Source: Crocinitomicaceae bacterium
GTDB lineage: Bacteria > Bacteroidota > Bacteroidia > Flavobacteriales_D > Crocinitomicaceae
Direction of reading: 5' to 3'
Assembly: GCA_044358575.1 (NCBI GenBank)
Contig: JBIKNN010000001.1
Coordinates: forward strand, 312,461 to 376,460
DNA: 64,000 bases
Part shown: piece by piece, positions 9,368 through 18,954 of the stretch
How the letters are laid out: each line of letters begins with the position of its first letter
How positions within the stretch are numbered: position 1 is the stretch's first letter
Program-made: the position numbers and the translations under genes
Notes under the pieces: generated by a model
The model's input: the letters and a program-made list of their open reading frames with translations, nothing else
Databases searched by the model: none
Told to the model about the DNA's origin: nothing

Positions 9368-12300
9368 TTATTGATTAACGAGTGTAATATACCCAGTTTT
9401 ATCAAATTCGGTTCCTCCTGTTAACAAACCTTTCAGGCGATAAAAATAAACACCATCACTGCAATTTTCACCACCATTAGTTTTTCCGTTCCATAAAAAT
9501 AATGGGAAAGATGGATCCCTATCTTTTTCAAAAACTACATTTCCCCATCTATTCAAAGCAGTGAAAACATAAGATGAAAAATAGTCAGAATCTAATGCAA
9601 AAATATCATTAATACCATCTTCATTTGGAGTGAATACATTTGGTAGAATAGGAACGATATCTGGATTTACATTAATTATAAGACTATAAGTACTAGAGCA
9701 GCCAAGTGCATTTCCAATTGTTAAACTGATTGTATAAGGGTTAACAAGCGGAAAAGTTGTTGATGGAGGATTTTGAAGATTTGAAGTAGTGCCATTTCCA
9801 AAATCCCAAGACCAACTAATAATTGGTGATCCAGAAGTAGAAGAAGATTGATTAAGAACCGTTACAGCGGTGTTAATATCAACAGGATTGGGACTTGCTG
9901 AAAAATTAGCGCTAAGACCACTCGTGTTAGTTACTATTATTTGAGGATTTATAGGATAAGGAACATTACAACCTGCAGCATCGGTTAATATTACACTAGG
10001 CGAATAGGTTCCAATATTATAAACATAATCAAAACTTAGGTTTGTCTGAGTTGTCCCATTTCCTAAATTCCAAACTACTGAAGAAATATTATTTTGGTCT
10101 GTTATAAAAAAACTTGCTGTTTGAGTACAAACATCATAATTATATTGAGGATTCCCACTTGGACCTCCAACGATTATATAATCATTGAATAATGTATCAT
10201 CTTGACAACCATATTGATCTGTAATTGAAAGAGACAAATCATAGTTTCCAGGAAAAAAATAGGTATTTGAAGGGTTTTGTAATCCAGATTGATTGCCATT
10301 ACCAAAATCCCACAGCCAAGTATTTATCGTTCCATAAGAAGTTGATGCATCTAGATAAGCTCCTGTTATCGGAGGGCATGGAACAGAATTAGGTAAATTC
10401 TCTGTAAAATTAGCATTAGGAATAGAAGTAGTAAAGGAAATTGAAACAGTGTCTTTGCAGCCATTTATATCTTCTGCTATTAGAATCAAATTATGAATTG
10501 CACTTGTTTGACCAGGAGCTACATTTTGTTCAATATAAGGCTCATTTGGATTAAAATCTGTAGATAAGGTATCACCTATTGTATTATCAATATACCATTG
10601 ATAGTTTACAGGTGAAACACCAACTGATAGATTGTCTGTATTTAGCACCTCGCCATTGCAAACAATATTATCCAATGTAAAAAAGGCAGTAGGTTTTGTA
10701 AGAATTATTTCTTTTGTAGAAAAACTAGAACAACCAAAATCATTATAAGCCGTTAAGGTTGCAACATAAACACCTTCACCATTAAATGTATGTTGGATTG
10801 ATGTTTGAGGAGTTACTGGAACTGTTATAGGAACAGGTAAAGTAGTAATTCCAGGTGAACCATCGGAAAAAGACCAATCAAAATGATTCATTGGATTATA
10901 TGATGGGGGTTGAACTGTCAAATTTAAAAATGTAACCAAATGAGGAGAACATCCACCCTCATCTGCAGCTGGTGTCGATATTACAGCAAAAGGTGGAGCT
11001 AAAACTCTTATAAATTGAGTGAATGAAGCTGAACAACCAACATCATTTGATGCTACTAAAGTAATAGCAAAATTTCCAGGAGCAGGATACGAGTATGTCG
11101 GATTTGGACCATTATTTACAAATTCTTGATTTCCCATGTTGTAAGCCCAAGAATCAATTGAATGAGAACTCCAAGATGAACTCGAATCAGAGAGTTGAAT
11201 TTCGACTTCTTGGCAAATAGTATCATTAGGAATTGAGAAGTCGGAAGTAATGCGAGAAACATAAAAAAATTGTTTGCTTGTATCGCTGCAGCCTGTAGTA
11301 AAATTATTAATTACTTGCTGGATCTCATAGGTGCCATAATTCGTATAACTATGTGTAGTACTTCCTAAATTAGCGTCGTCTAGCTCAGCATCATTTAATT
11401 CTGTATTTGGTGAGCCATCACCCCACTGCCAAATCATTTGAACATTGTCACTTAAGAGTCCGTGAACAGAGGTATCACTTACTATCGCTACAGCTGGCCA
11501 AATAGCAGAAACTAAAGGAGTGGGATTACAGATTAGATTTGTATCAAGATCAAAAAATGCTATTGGAGCGTTGATATAGACCATATCGTTCATAACAAGC
11601 GTATCCGTACATCCTAAATAATCAACAACTAACATAACATCAAAATACCCTGAATCTGTTTCAAATTGATAAGTTGGGTTTTGAATAGTATCTGTTGATG
11701 AAGATCCATCGTTAAAATCCCAAAAATAGGTAATTGGAGCGCTTGGATTTGCAGGACTCACAACTACAGTAGGGGTAAATTCAACATCCGTTTTAATACA
11801 ATTAATAGGAGAATCAACAGTAAAGTTCATTGAGTTTATCTGACCTACAGTTATAAAACTATCTAAAACCGTTGTCCCTGAACAACCTGACTGAGTTGTT
11901 ACACTTAGAGAAACATTATAAAAACCTAAAGTAGTATATAATTGAGCTGGTGGATTTTGACCATTAAAAACTTGACCATTGCCAAAATTCCACGACCAAG
12001 AGGTAATAGGATTTAATGGCGAAGGAGGAATAGATTGATCTAAGAATTCAACAGTCAAGGGAGAGCAGCCCCCTTCAAAATCGGCAGAAAAAGATGGTGC
12101 TACATTGCTAATTGTAATAAAATTTGGAATTGAAGTACTTCCTGAACACCCTGCTGAAGTTGTTATCGTAAGAGAAACAGTGAAAGAACCATTAGTATTA
12201 TAAGTTTGAGCAGGAGGGTTTTCAAGAATTGACGTTGAACCGTTTCCAAAATTCCATAAATAAGATGATCCTGCAACAGAAGGTGTAGTATTATTTATAT

Positions 12301-12670
12301 TAATGGATGCAGGTGCACAATTACTACTTATTGGTGCTACAAATGTAGGATTAGGAACATCTTGAATAATTATTTGTTGAGATGCACTGGCGGTAAGTCC
12401 ATTTGCGGATGTTGTAAGTAAGGTTACATTAAAAGTTCCTGCACTAGTGAAAGTATGAGTTGGACTCGTTGAAGTTGAAAAAGTAGTATCGCCAAAATTC
12501 CAAAGATAGGAAAGTGGAGCAGTTCCTCCGTTAGATGTATTTGTAAATACAGTTGCTGCTCCAATACAAGCAGTTGTTGGAAGAGCAGAAAAACTTGCTG
12601 TTGGAACTTGTGAAAAAGAAAAACAACTTATAAATAGGAAAGGGAGAGTAAATTTAAACATGCTTATCAT
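9368..12670 (-). CDS. Large secreted PKD-repeat protein with T9SS type-B (gliding-motility-associated) C-terminal domain
   Basis: About 11 repeats carry W-x-[FW]-G-[DN]-G PKD signatures. The C-terminus PNVFTPNEDGINDIF...GVYFYRL matches the type-B CTD. I prefer the start at Met22 (12670) or Met25 (12661), which gives a signal peptide. The track's 12733 start adds a non-signal leader. Confidence 0.85.
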   Translation of the reverse strand: MISMFKFTLPFLFISCFSFSQVPTASFSALPTTACIGAATVFTNTSNGGTAPLSYLWNFGDTTFSTSTSPTHTFTSAGTFNVTLLTTSANGLTASASQQIIIQDVPNPTFVAPISSNCAPASININNTTPSVAGSSYLWNFGNGSTSILENPPAQTYNTNGSFTVSLTITTSAGCSGSTSIPNFITISNVAPSFSADFEGGCSPLTVEFLDQSIPPSPLNPITSWSWNFGNGQVFNGQNPPAQLYTTLGFYNVSLSVTTQSGCSGTTVLDSFITVGQINSMNFTVDSPINCIKTDVEFTPTVVVSPANPSAPITYFWDFNDGSSSTDTIQNPTYQFETDSGYFDVMLVVDYLGCTDTLVMNDMVYINAPIAFFDLDTNLICNPTPLVSAIWPAVAIVSDTSVHGLLSDNVQMIWQWGDGSPNTELNDAELDDANLGSTTHSYTNYGTYEIQQVINNFTTGCSDTSKQFFYVSRITSDFSIPNDTICQEVEIQLSDSSSSWSSHSIDSWAYNMGNQEFVNNGPNPTYSYPAPGNFAITLVASNDVGCSASFTQFIRVLAPPFAVISTPAADEGGCSPHLVTFLNLTVQPPSYNPMNHFDWSFSDGSPGITTLPVPITVPVTPQTSIQHTFNGEGVYVATLTAYNDFGCSSFSTKEIILTKPTAFFTLDNIVCNGEVLNTDNLSVGVSPVNYQWYIDNTIGDTLSTDFNPNEPYIEQNVAPGQTSAIHNLILIAEDINGCKDTVSISFTTSIPNANFTENLPNSVPCPPITGAYLDASTSYGTINTWLWDFGNGNQSGLQNPSNTYFFPGNYDLSLSITDQYGCQDDTLFNDYIIVGGPSGNPQYNYDVCTQTASFFITDQNNISSVVWNLGNGTTQTNLSFDYVYNIGTYSPSVILTDAAGCNVPYPINPQIIVTNTSGLSANFSASPNPVDINTAVTVLNQSSSTSGSPIISWSWDFGNGTTSNLQNPPSTTFPLVNPYTISLTIGNALGCSSTYSLIINVNPDIVPILPNVFTPNEDGINDIFALDSDYFSSYVFTALNRWGNVVFEKDRDPSFPLFLWNGKTNGGENCSDGVYFYRLKGLLTGGTEFDKTGYITLVNQ

Positions 12671-12747
12671 ATGAAAAATTAATTCGTAAAGGTATTTAAT
12701 TTTAAGACTAAAAACAACCAATAAAAGTTGCAAGCAAAATAAAAAAA

Positions 12748-13260
12748 TTAATTTCCTTTTTTTAAAATTAAAGTTGTAGAATACCCCGGAACAAAATCAA
12801 CGGTACAAACTGCACCACCATAACTTCTAACTTCCTTTGAGCCTACAATGTATTTTATATTTGAGGAATCTTTCTCCGATGCATCATAATCAGCACCCTT
12901 GATAAGTACATCGGGCTGTAAATCTTTAATTAAATCAAGAGGAGTTACCTCATTAAAAACTAAAACTAAATCAACAAAACCCAAAGCAGCTATTAATAAC
13001 ATTCTGGCTTCCTCTGAATTAATCGGTCGATTATCTGCTTTATTTAATCTTCTAACTGAATCATCGCTATTTACTGCTACAATTAGACGATTCCCAAAAT
13101 CTGCAGAAGCTGCTAAATAATTAACATGACCTAAGTGTAAAATATCAAAACAACCGTTTGTAAAGCAAATTTTCTCTCCTTTCAACTTCCAAGATATGAT
13201 CCTTCTTTTTGCTTCTTCAATTGAAACCAATTTATTTTGAAGAAAATCAAATCGAGTCAT
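12748..13260 (-). CDS. Cytidylyltransferase-fold protein, D-glycero-beta-D-manno-heptose 1-phosphate adenylyltransferase-like (RfaE domain II)
   Basis: The motif FTNGCFDILHLGHVNYL and the ~170 aa length are typical of stand-alone RfaE-II/HldC proteins. Confidence 0.8.
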   Translation of the reverse strand: MTRFDFLQNKLVSIEEAKRRIISWKLKGEKICFTNGCFDILHLGHVNYLAASADFGNRLIVAVNSDDSVRRLNKADNRPINSEEARMLLIAALGFVDLVLVFNEVTPLDLIKDLQPDVLIKGADYDASEKDSSNIKYIVGSKEVRSYGGAVCTVDFVPGYSTTLILKKGN

Positions 13261-13289
13261 TTTTTTTTATGTTGTTAGGGTTAAAACTA

Positions 13290-13357
13290 AATCTAATCTA
13301 ATCTAATCTAATCTAATCTAATCTAATCTAATCTAATCTAATCTAATCTAATCTAAT
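13290..13357. repeat. Pentanucleotide microsatellite, (ATCTA)13 perfect copies plus partial units
   Basis: Counted directly: 13 uninterrupted ATCTA units span 13291-13355, with one and two extra in-phase bases at the ends. The tract contains the panD stop codon and ends 29 nt before the next gene's ATG. Confidence 0.97.
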
Positions 13358-13698
13358 AAATTAGTTTGCTCATTTGGAAAAACAAGTGATGGCTTAAAAG
13401 TTTTTGCAAGTTCAAAATCCATTAATCCATAACCAATAATTATAATTATATCATTTACAGCTGCACGTCTTGCTGCAGGGCCATTTAAGCAAATCGTTCC
13501 AGAATTTCTTTTTCCTTTGATTACGTATGTTTCAAGTCGTTCGCCATTATTAATATTCACGATTTGAACTCTTTCGCCCTCGATTAAATTTGCAGCTTCC
13601 ATCAACGATTCGTCAATGGTTATGGAGCCAATATAATTCAAATCCGCTTGGGTGATTTTAACCCGGTGAATTTTAGACTTTAAAACATTTATTAACAT
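13348..13698 (-). CDS. panD: Aspartate 1-decarboxylase
   Basis: [24 protein letters not shown] contains the Gly-Ser self-cleavage site. The protein is 116 aa. Confidence 0.95.
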   Translation of the reverse strand: MLINVLKSKIHRVKITQADLNYIGSITIDESLMEAANLIEGERVQIVNINNGERLETYVIKGKRNSGTICLNGPAARRAAVNDIIIIIGYGLMDFELAKTFKPSLVFPNEQTNLLD

Positions 13699-13738
13699 AT
13701 TCTTAAAATAGCAGGCAAAAATAATTCAAATTCTCGAA

Positions 13739-14581
13739 TTAGAGAACTATATTATCAATCAAACGCACTTTATTGCAATATGCAGCAATGCAACAAACAT
13801 TTGTCGCTTGCCAATCTTCAGCAATAGTAAGTGTCTTTTCATCAACAATCTCTAAATATTCTAGCTGTAAATAACCAGATTTAAAAAAATCTGTGGCGCT
13901 TGTTTTTAAAGATTGAGGATTCATTTTTGATTTATTTTCTTTAACAAAAAGTAATGTTTTATAAATAATTAATGCCGCTTCAATATCAGATGAATTCAAG
14001 CGCATATTTCGACTACTCATCGCTAAACCTGATGGTTCTCTTAAGGTTTCGCACGAGACAATTTCAGTTGAAAAATTAAAATGAGCTACCATTTTTCGAA
14101 TTATTGCAAGTTGTTGAAAATCTTTTTGTCCAAAATAAGCACGATTTGCTTTTATAATTTGAAAAAAATTATGAACAACATGAACTACACCCTTGAAGTG
14201 GCCAGGACGAAATTTGCCTTCCATTACAGCATCAATACCTTTAAAATCTATAGGTACAAAAAATTGACTTTGTGGATAAACTTCCGCTATTTCTGGATGA
14301 AATATGATACAATTATTCCTGGATCCTATTAACAATAAATCTGAGTCAAGCGTTCTTGGATATTGAGCTAAATCCTCCTGGTTATTAAATTGTGTGGGGT
14401 TGACAAATATACTAATTACCACCCAATCATTCTCGGACAAAGCTCTGTCTATAAGAGATAAATGACCAGCATGCAAGGCACCCATTGTTGGAACAAAACC
14501 AATTGACAATCCTTTTTCCTGCAATAAACTTAGTGCAGATCTTAAATCCCTTGAAGTAGTAAACAGTCTATTTTTTGGCAT
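13739..14581 (-). CDS. panC: Pantoate--beta-alanine ligase
   Basis: VPTMGALHAGHLSLI, FGQKDFQQ and MSSRN motifs are present. Confidence 0.95.
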   Translation of the reverse strand: MPKNRLFTTSRDLRSALSLLQEKGLSIGFVPTMGALHAGHLSLIDRALSENDWVVISIFVNPTQFNNQEDLAQYPRTLDSDLLLIGSRNNCIIFHPEIAEVYPQSQFFVPIDFKGIDAVMEGKFRPGHFKGVVHVVHNFFQIIKANRAYFGQKDFQQLAIIRKMVAHFNFSTEIVSCETLREPSGLAMSSRNMRLNSSDIEAALIIYKTLLFVKENKSKMNPQSLKTSATDFFKSGYLQLEYLEIVDEKTLTIAEDWQATNVCCIAAYCNKVRLIDNIVL

Positions 14582-14671
14582 TTTAAAGTCCTAAATAATA
14601 GACAAAGCTATTGCTTTTCACGAAAGTTCATTTAAAATCCTTAAATTTGCACTCTATTCATTTATAATCTA

Positions 14672-15490
14672 ATGGAAAAAAAGAAAATTCTATTCATAAC
14701 TCAAGAAATATTTCCCTTTTCACCAAAGACAGAAATATCTTCCACAGCAAGACGCTTACCTCAAGTGATTCAAGAAGCAGGAAAAGAAATACGTGTATTT
14801 ACACCTCGTTTTGGATCTATTAATGAGCGTAGGCATCAATTACATGAAGTTATTAGACTTTCTGGCTTAAATATTTGCATTGACGATAATGATCATCCTT
14901 TGATTATAAAAGTTGCATCAGTTTCTGCAGCAAGAATGCAAGTTTATTTTATAGATAATGAAGAATACTTTAAAAGAAAAACAAATTTACAAGACGAAAA
15001 AGGGAAATGCCACCCAGATAACGATGAGAAAGCAATGTTTTTCTGTCGTGGAGTGCTAGAAACCGTAAAAAAATTAGGCTGGCAACCCGATGTTATTCAC
15101 TGCCACGGTTGGATGACAGGAATTATGGCCCTTTATGTAAAACATATTTATAATAAAGACCCACATTTCAAAGACACAAAAGTAGTTTACAGCTTCTATA
15201 ATGATAAATTTGATGCTCCATGGGATAAAAGATTTTCTGAAAAATTACTTTTTGAAGGTTTCCCTCAAGATATTGCAGATAAGTTTAAAGACTCTAGTTT
15301 CCTAAATGTTTCTAAAATTATAACAGACCATTGTGACGGTGTGACTATAGCAATAGAGAGCCTTCAGTCAGACTTAAAAGATATTTATGATACTTCAGAA
15401 TGTCACAAGATGGCATTTACTAATGAAGAAAATCAAGCAAAAGAATTGTCGCTGTTTTTTGATAAAGTTATTGAAAATGTTCTAGTCTAA
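14672..15490 (+). CDS. Glycogen/starch-synthase-like protein consisting only of the N-terminal GT5 domain
   Basis: ILFITQEIFPF...PDVIHCHGWMTG resembles the GlgA N-terminal domain. The protein ends at 272 aa with no C-terminal GT-B half. Its position next to panC and DUF4270 is a conserved Bacteroidota arrangement as I recall it. Confidence 0.7.
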   Translation: MEKKKILFITQEIFPFSPKTEISSTARRLPQVIQEAGKEIRVFTPRFGSINERRHQLHEVIRLSGLNICIDDNDHPLIIKVASVSAARMQVYFIDNEEYFKRKTNLQDEKGKCHPDNDEKAMFFCRGVLETVKKLGWQPDVIHCHGWMTGIMALYVKHIYNKDPHFKDTKVVYSFYNDKFDAPWDKRFSEKLLFEGFPQDIADKFKDSSFLNVSKIITDHCDGVTIAIESLQSDLKDIYDTSECHKMAFTNEENQAKELSLFFDKVIENVLV

Positions 15491-15496
15491 CTGACA

Positions 15497-16789
15497 ATGA
15501 AGTCAAACAAAAAACTCTTTTTCTTTCTTTTTTTTATTACAGCAGTATTTATTTCTGCTTGTAAAAAAAAAGATACACTTGTTGGTCAAGGAGTCTTAAA
15601 TCCTGATGACTATCTTAATGGAATAACCACAGATACCTTTGATTTAGAAACCTATACAATAGAAGAAGATTCAATAATTACATCAAACCCACCAAATACT
15701 GTTTTAGGAAGTTATAAGGACCCAAAATTTGGAGATTTCGATGCTTCTTTTTACACGCAATTTCGTTTAGGAAGTTTAAATCCTGATTTTGGTGATCCAA
15801 GTCAAATTGTATTGGATTCCTTTGTTTTGGCTCTTGAGTATGCAGGGTATTATGGTGATTTAAGTGCTCAAACTTTTGAGATTTATGAATTATCAGAAAA
15901 TTTATCAATCGATAGTAATTATTATTCTTTCTCAAGCAAATCTGTTAATTCATCTAATTTAGTTCCAATTGGAATGGGGACTATTGTACCAAAACCAAAT
16001 CAAGCTACAATAGTTGGAGGAGATTCTTTGGATGCGCAATTGAGAATCCATCTCGATACAAATTTTGCTAAAAGTCTAATTTTGGAAGCAAATAATGGAG
16101 GAACAACCTTTTCATCAAATGAGACATTCCTTACTTTTTTTAAGGGTCTTTACGTAAAGACAAACAATCCTGCTCAAGCAAATGGGCAAGGTGCAGCATT
16201 GTACTTTAATTTAAATGATGCAGCCTCAAAACTTACAATTTACTATAAATTAGCTGCTATTAAAAAAACATTTGACTTCTTAATTAATTCATCGTGTGCA
16301 GATTTCACGCATTTGGAAATAAATAATTCTGGAACTAATATTGCTGCTATTTTACAAAATCCTTCATTAGGGAATAGTGAATTTTATGCCCAAGCATTTA
16401 AGCATAGAGCGGTAGTAAAAATTAAACATATTGATGACTTACCTCCTAATACAATTATTCACAAAGCAAGTCTCACGCTACCTATTCAATATCAAACAGC
16501 TTATCGTTTTAAACCGGGTGTTAGTGTCTCTATTGCAACAAAATTAAAAAGTGTAGATAATTTCTATACCAGTTTGGGGATATTTGGGGGATTCGAAGAG
16601 TACGAAAAGCATTTTAGAATTGAGGTACGCGATTATATGCAAGCTGTTTTAAAAGGTACTATTGAAAATACTGGACTAATTGTCTCACCTAGATTTTTCA
16701 TTAATTCAGCTGAAAGAATCATTTTCAATGGAAAAAATACTTCAAACAAGAAGAAACCACAATTAATTGTTACTTATACTACCTTCTAA
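15497..16789 (+). CDS. Lipoprotein, DUF4270-like
   Basis: A lipobox is present (FISAC). The size and the position between the GT5-like gene and glmS match the DUF4270 family. The assignment is from memory of gene context, not from an alignment. Confidence 0.55.
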   Translation: MKSNKKLFFFLFFITAVFISACKKKDTLVGQGVLNPDDYLNGITTDTFDLETYTIEEDSIITSNPPNTVLGSYKDPKFGDFDASFYTQFRLGSLNPDFGDPSQIVLDSFVLALEYAGYYGDLSAQTFEIYELSENLSIDSNYYSFSSKSVNSSNLVPIGMGTIVPKPNQATIVGGDSLDAQLRIHLDTNFAKSLILEANNGGTTFSSNETFLTFFKGLYVKTNNPAQANGQGAALYFNLNDAASKLTIYYKLAAIKKTFDFLINSSCADFTHLEINNSGTNIAAILQNPSLGNSEFYAQAFKHRAVVKIKHIDDLPPNTIIHKASLTLPIQYQTAYRFKPGVSVSIATKLKSVDNFYTSLGIFGGFEEYEKHFRIEVRDYMQAVLKGTIENTGLIVSPRFFINSAERIIFNGKNTSNKKKPQLIVTYTTF

Positions 16790-16792
16790 ACC

Positions 16793-18637
16793 ATGTGTGG
16801 AATTGTTGCATATATTGGAAAAAAACAAGCTTTTCCTATTATACTCAAAGGATTAAAGCGTTTAGAATACCGCGGGTATGATAGCGCAGGTATTGCTTTA
16901 ATAAACCAAGATCAACTAAACGTATTTAAAAAAGCCGGAAAGGTTAGTAATTTGGAGGAGTTTATGCTTCACCAAGACCATAGTGGGAATTCAGGCATAG
17001 GTCATACACGTTGGGCGACACACGGAGCACCAACTGACACAAATGCTCATCCCCATGTTTCTATGGATGGCTCAATAGCACTTATCCATAATGGAATAAT
17101 TGAAAACTACAATGCTTTAAAGCAAGAGTTAATAAGACAAGGCTATTTGTTTAAAAGCGAAACAGATACGGAAGTACTTGTTCATCTAGTTGATTTCATT
17201 AGTAAGAAAGAAAATGTGTGGTTTGGAGAAGCCTTACGTTTAGCACTTTTAAACGTTGTGGGAGCCTATGCAATTGTAGCCATTTCAAAAAACTTTCCTG
17301 GTCAAATGGTTGCCGCTCGAAAGAGTAGCCCGCTTGTGGTAGGAATTGGAGCAAATGGAGATTTTTATTTAGCCTCAGATGCCACTCCAATTGTAGAATA
17401 TACAAAGCGAGTTGTGTATTTAGAAGATGAGGAAATAGCGGTTATTAAGCTAGGTGAGGAATTAAAAATATACAACATCTCCGACCAAGAAAAAACACCC
17501 TACATTCAACAGCTAGAACTTGAGTTGGAAGCCCTAGAAAAAGGTGGCTACGACCATTTTATGCTGAAGGAAATTCACGAACAGCCTCGATCAATTCATG
17601 ATTGTTTCCGTGGAAGATTAAATTCAAGCGAAGGTTGGGTTTCATTAGGAGGCTTAAAAGAGTATGAACAAAAGATGATACAAGCAAAACGTCTTGTTAT
17701 TGTAGCATGCGGAACATCCTGGCATGCAGGGCTTGTTGGTGAGTACTTAATTGAAGAATTGGCTCGTATAAATGTAGAAGTAGAATATGCTAGCGAATTT
17801 CGTTATCGCAACCCAATTATTAGTGAAGAAGATGTTGTGATTGCAATCTCACAATCAGGAGAAACTGCAGATACATTGGCTGCACTTGAATTGGCAAAGT
17901 CAAAAGGGGCTACTATTTTAGGAATTTGCAATGTTGTTGGCTCATCTATTTCGCGTATCACAGATGCGGGTTCTTACACTCATGCTGGACCTGAAATTGG
18001 AGTTGCTTCTACGAAAGCATTTACTGCCCAAGTAACTATTTTAAGTCTACTTGCTCTTTCCTTAGCGCATAAAAAAGGAACAATTAGTGAATCAGAATTC
18101 CGAATATTAATAGCTGAATTGGAAGCTATTCCTGAAAAAGTACAGCGTGTCTTAGAAAATAATGCTCATATTGAGAAAATTTCCTCAGAATTTAAAGATG
18201 TAACAAATGCACTTTATTTAGGAAGAGGGAGTTTATTTCCTGTCGCTCTTGAGGGTGCTTTAAAATTAAAAGAGATTTCATACATTCATGCAGAAGGTTA
18301 TCCTGCCGCAGAAATGAAGCACGGACCGATTGCTCTGATTGACGAAAATATGCCAATTTTTGTAATTGCAACTCAGGGGAATTCATACGAGAAAGTTGTA
18401 TCAAATATTCAAGAAGTTAAAGCCCGAAAAGGGAAAATTATAGCCATCGTAACAGAAGGAGATGAACATTTAAAAGAAATTGCTGATTATCATATTGAAA
18501 TTCCTAAATCTCATGAGTTTTTTGTGCCTATTCTTGCTACAATTCCATTTCAACTTATTTCCTATCATATAGCAGTGATGAGGGGTTGCAATGTAGATCA
18601 ACCGAGGAATCTAGCAAAATCTGTAACGGTGGAGTAG
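16793..18637 (+). CDS. glmS: Glutamine--fructose-6-phosphate aminotransferase
   Basis: The N-terminal MCGIVAY supplies the catalytic Cys2. Two SIS domains are present, and the protein ends in the canonical KSVTVE. Confidence 0.97.
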   Translation: MCGIVAYIGKKQAFPIILKGLKRLEYRGYDSAGIALINQDQLNVFKKAGKVSNLEEFMLHQDHSGNSGIGHTRWATHGAPTDTNAHPHVSMDGSIALIHNGIIENYNALKQELIRQGYLFKSETDTEVLVHLVDFISKKENVWFGEALRLALLNVVGAYAIVAISKNFPGQMVAARKSSPLVVGIGANGDFYLASDATPIVEYTKRVVYLEDEEIAVIKLGEELKIYNISDQEKTPYIQQLELELEALEKGGYDHFMLKEIHEQPRSIHDCFRGRLNSSEGWVSLGGLKEYEQKMIQAKRLVIVACGTSWHAGLVGEYLIEELARINVEVEYASEFRYRNPIISEEDVVIAISQSGETADTLAALELAKSKGATILGICNVVGSSISRITDAGSYTHAGPEIGVASTKAFTAQVTILSLLALSLAHKKGTISESEFRILIAELEAIPEKVQRVLENNAHIEKISSEFKDVTNALYLGRGSLFPVALEGALKLKEISYIHAEGYPAAEMKHGPIALIDENMPIFVIATQGNSYEKVVSNIQEVKARKGKIIAIVTEGDEHLKEIADYHIEIPKSHEFFVPILATIPFQLISYHIAVMRGCNVDQPRNLAKSVTVE

Positions 18638-18704
18638 AACGAACGGGTATTTGGTTGGTCTGTTAGTGTTTTAGAAGGCAAACGAACAACCCTTTTCCTA
18701 AAAA

Positions 18705-18950
18705 TTACATTGATTTTTTAGAATGTAAAATGGGTTCTTTCGGTATTTTAAATTGTCCCCTTCGATAGATAAAAGTTGAATTAAACCAAACCTTTTCTTC
18801 TTCGGTCATCTTTTGAAGTATTTCTGCGGTATTATTCCCCAATTCAACGGGATCATACCCGAGTTGATTGATGTTAATGGTGTCTATGGATAGTTGTCCA
18901 TAACTCAGTCCTGACAATAGAAAGGACAATACGAAGATTAATTTTCTCAT
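18705..18950 (-). CDS. Small secreted hypothetical protein
   Basis: It has a signal peptide (MRKLIFVLSFLLSGLSYGQ). It shares a GY[DN]P...EE[ER]xxW motif with the neighbouring 115-aa ORF. Confidence 0.5.
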   Translation of the reverse strand: MRKLIFVLSFLLSGLSYGQLSIDTININQLGYDPVELGNNTAEILQKMTEEEKVWFNSTFIYRRGQFKIPKEPILHSKKSM

Positions 18951-18954
18951 ATTA

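Noticed and set aside
12671-12733. 5' extensions proposed by the longest-ORF track (12671..12733, 35242..35331, 48908..48976, 35477..35521, 51830..51859)
   Set aside because: In each case an internal ATG gives a proper signal peptide or the canonical N-terminus: MISMFKF..., MRQLKIAK..., MNFSLSFF..., MEKRTCLEC... and MLRKFEGAH.... The extensions are hydrophobic or low-complexity read-through of upstream AT-rich DNA, or they begin at TTG.
13290-13357. Regular short repeat that might be mistaken for a CRISPR array
   Set aside because: The unit is only 5 nt and is perfectly tandem, with no spacers. No cas genes occur in the window. It is a microsatellite, and I report it as such.
6786-18404. Other antisense or nested ORFs (6786..6971, 8475..8690, 12899..13120, 14081..14332, 15678..15935, 17199..17405, 18192..18404)
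   Set aside because: The logic is the same. They are fully contained in well-supported genes on the opposite strand, are short (60-90 aa) and have no recognisable motifs.
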